Program-made: the position numbers and the translations under genes
Part shown: in pieces, positions 7,249 through 8,061 of the stretch
Position numbering within the stretch: the stretch's first letter is position 1
Layout of the letters: every line of letters starts with the position of its first letter
The notes under the pieces: model-generated
Seen by the model: the letters and a program-made list of their open reading frames with translations, nothing else
Told to the model about the DNA's origin: nothing
The model's database searches: none
Assembly (NCBI RefSeq): GCF_006345805.1
Contig: NW_021828577.1
Span: forward strand, 1 to 8,061
Reading direction: 5' to 3'
DNA: 8,061 bases
Origin: Octopus sinensis
Lineage: Eukaryota

Positions 7249-7296
<48 letters not shown>
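7133..7296. repeat. (TATC)n (GATA) microsatellite
   Basis: Directly visible; explains the YLSI ORF. Confidence 0.95.
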
Positions 7297-7317
7297 ATCT
7301 TCCTCTCCGTATGTCTG

Positions 7318-7430
7318 CTTCCGAGGCACAAGCTGAGTGAACTGGAGCAACGTGAAATAGTCTTGCACAAGAACACAACACACAGACGGGCTTCTTTGAG
7401 TTTCCGTCTACCAAATCCACTCACAAGGCT
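7318..7430 (-). mobile_element. Deleted remnant of the SINE-B/SINE-A chimera
   Basis: ccgaggcacaag (=5511-5522) joined to ctgagtgaactggagc (=5664 onward), then aagaacacaacacacag|acgggcttcttt (=5704-5732). Confidence 0.8.
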
Positions 7431-7435
7431 CTGTT

Positions 7436-7469
7436 TATGTATGTATGTATGTATGTATGTATGTATGTA

Positions 7470-7508
<39 letters not shown>
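7436..7508. repeat. (TATG)n-(TG)n compound microsatellite
   Basis: Directly visible. Confidence 0.95.
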
Positions 7509-7511
<3 letters not shown>

Positions 7512-8061
7512 GGCGTCTAGGTGGGTTCGTACCTCTGACGGAGGAACAAGTGGTATTTTTCGGAGCAGTTCATCCGTTTAGGTTCTTGCTAACACCTAGT
7601 TCTCACCTGTGGGACCCCGAAGCTGTCTGCATACTACTGCGGCCACATCCGGGAAGCGGCCTCCACAGGCTGGCTAAACCATGGCGTGGATAACCGATGG
7701 CTTTCAACTCTCGGTGAGCAAAGGGCTTGTCTATTTATGTATGTGAAAAACTGGACCCGGCGGACTCTGCGGAGGAACCACTAGATTGGTTCAACGGTCA
7801 GGGGGGCGGTCCAGCAAGCATTTTTGGGGTGGACAGAGCACAATGAGACACGGACACTGCGGCCATCTCTGCATCCCCGGCGTATCTCTAGTTTTCTTCA
7901 CTTCGTTCTGCCACTGGTATCAGATAGGAAGGGACGAAAGAGAAAGGCAGATGACGTTGCGCAACCCTTCCCAACCTTAATCCATGTCATGTGCAAATCA
8001 AGATATCTCATCCCAGCCCCACCTTGAAGTTCTGTGGCGATGGACAGGTATGGATCAACTA
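7509..8061 (+). mobile_element. Probable 5' UTR of an RTE-clade LINE, continuing beyond the window
   Basis: GC-richer non-repetitive block abutting a TG run. The ordered motifs tctcacctgtgg, gaagctgt, gcggccaca, ggctaaacca, taaccga, tcggtgag, gccactgg and gcaaatcaagatatc recall RTE-1 5' ends from memory; not database-verified. No EN/RT ORF inside the window. Confidence 0.6.

Overview
Non-coding, repeat-saturated eukaryotic DNA, most likely an intron or intergenic stretch of an octopus genome. That assignment is an inference from tRNA-derived SINE families recognised from memory and from the very high TA/CA/TATG/TATC microsatellite load; no database search was run. No protein-coding gene is supported: the ORFs in the track are translations of microsatellites, SINEs or low-complexity DNA. 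Contents, left to right: compound microsatellites; four inverted-repeat (MITE/foldback) elements within 903-2913, one of them a Tc1/mariner-type MITE filled with a SINE fragment; a non-autonomous Helitron; a short unique stretch with a perfect CRE palindrome and a CTCF-like motif; a full-length tRNA-SINE with an 11-bp target-site duplication; an 869-bp-period direct-repeat element carrying all hammerhead ribozyme core motifs in an unusual order; nested and chimeric SINEs; a four-unit ~115-bp A-B-A-B minisatellite; and the probable 5' end of an RTE-clade LINE running off the right edge. SINE-A, SINE-B and SINE-C are working labels used here, not database names.
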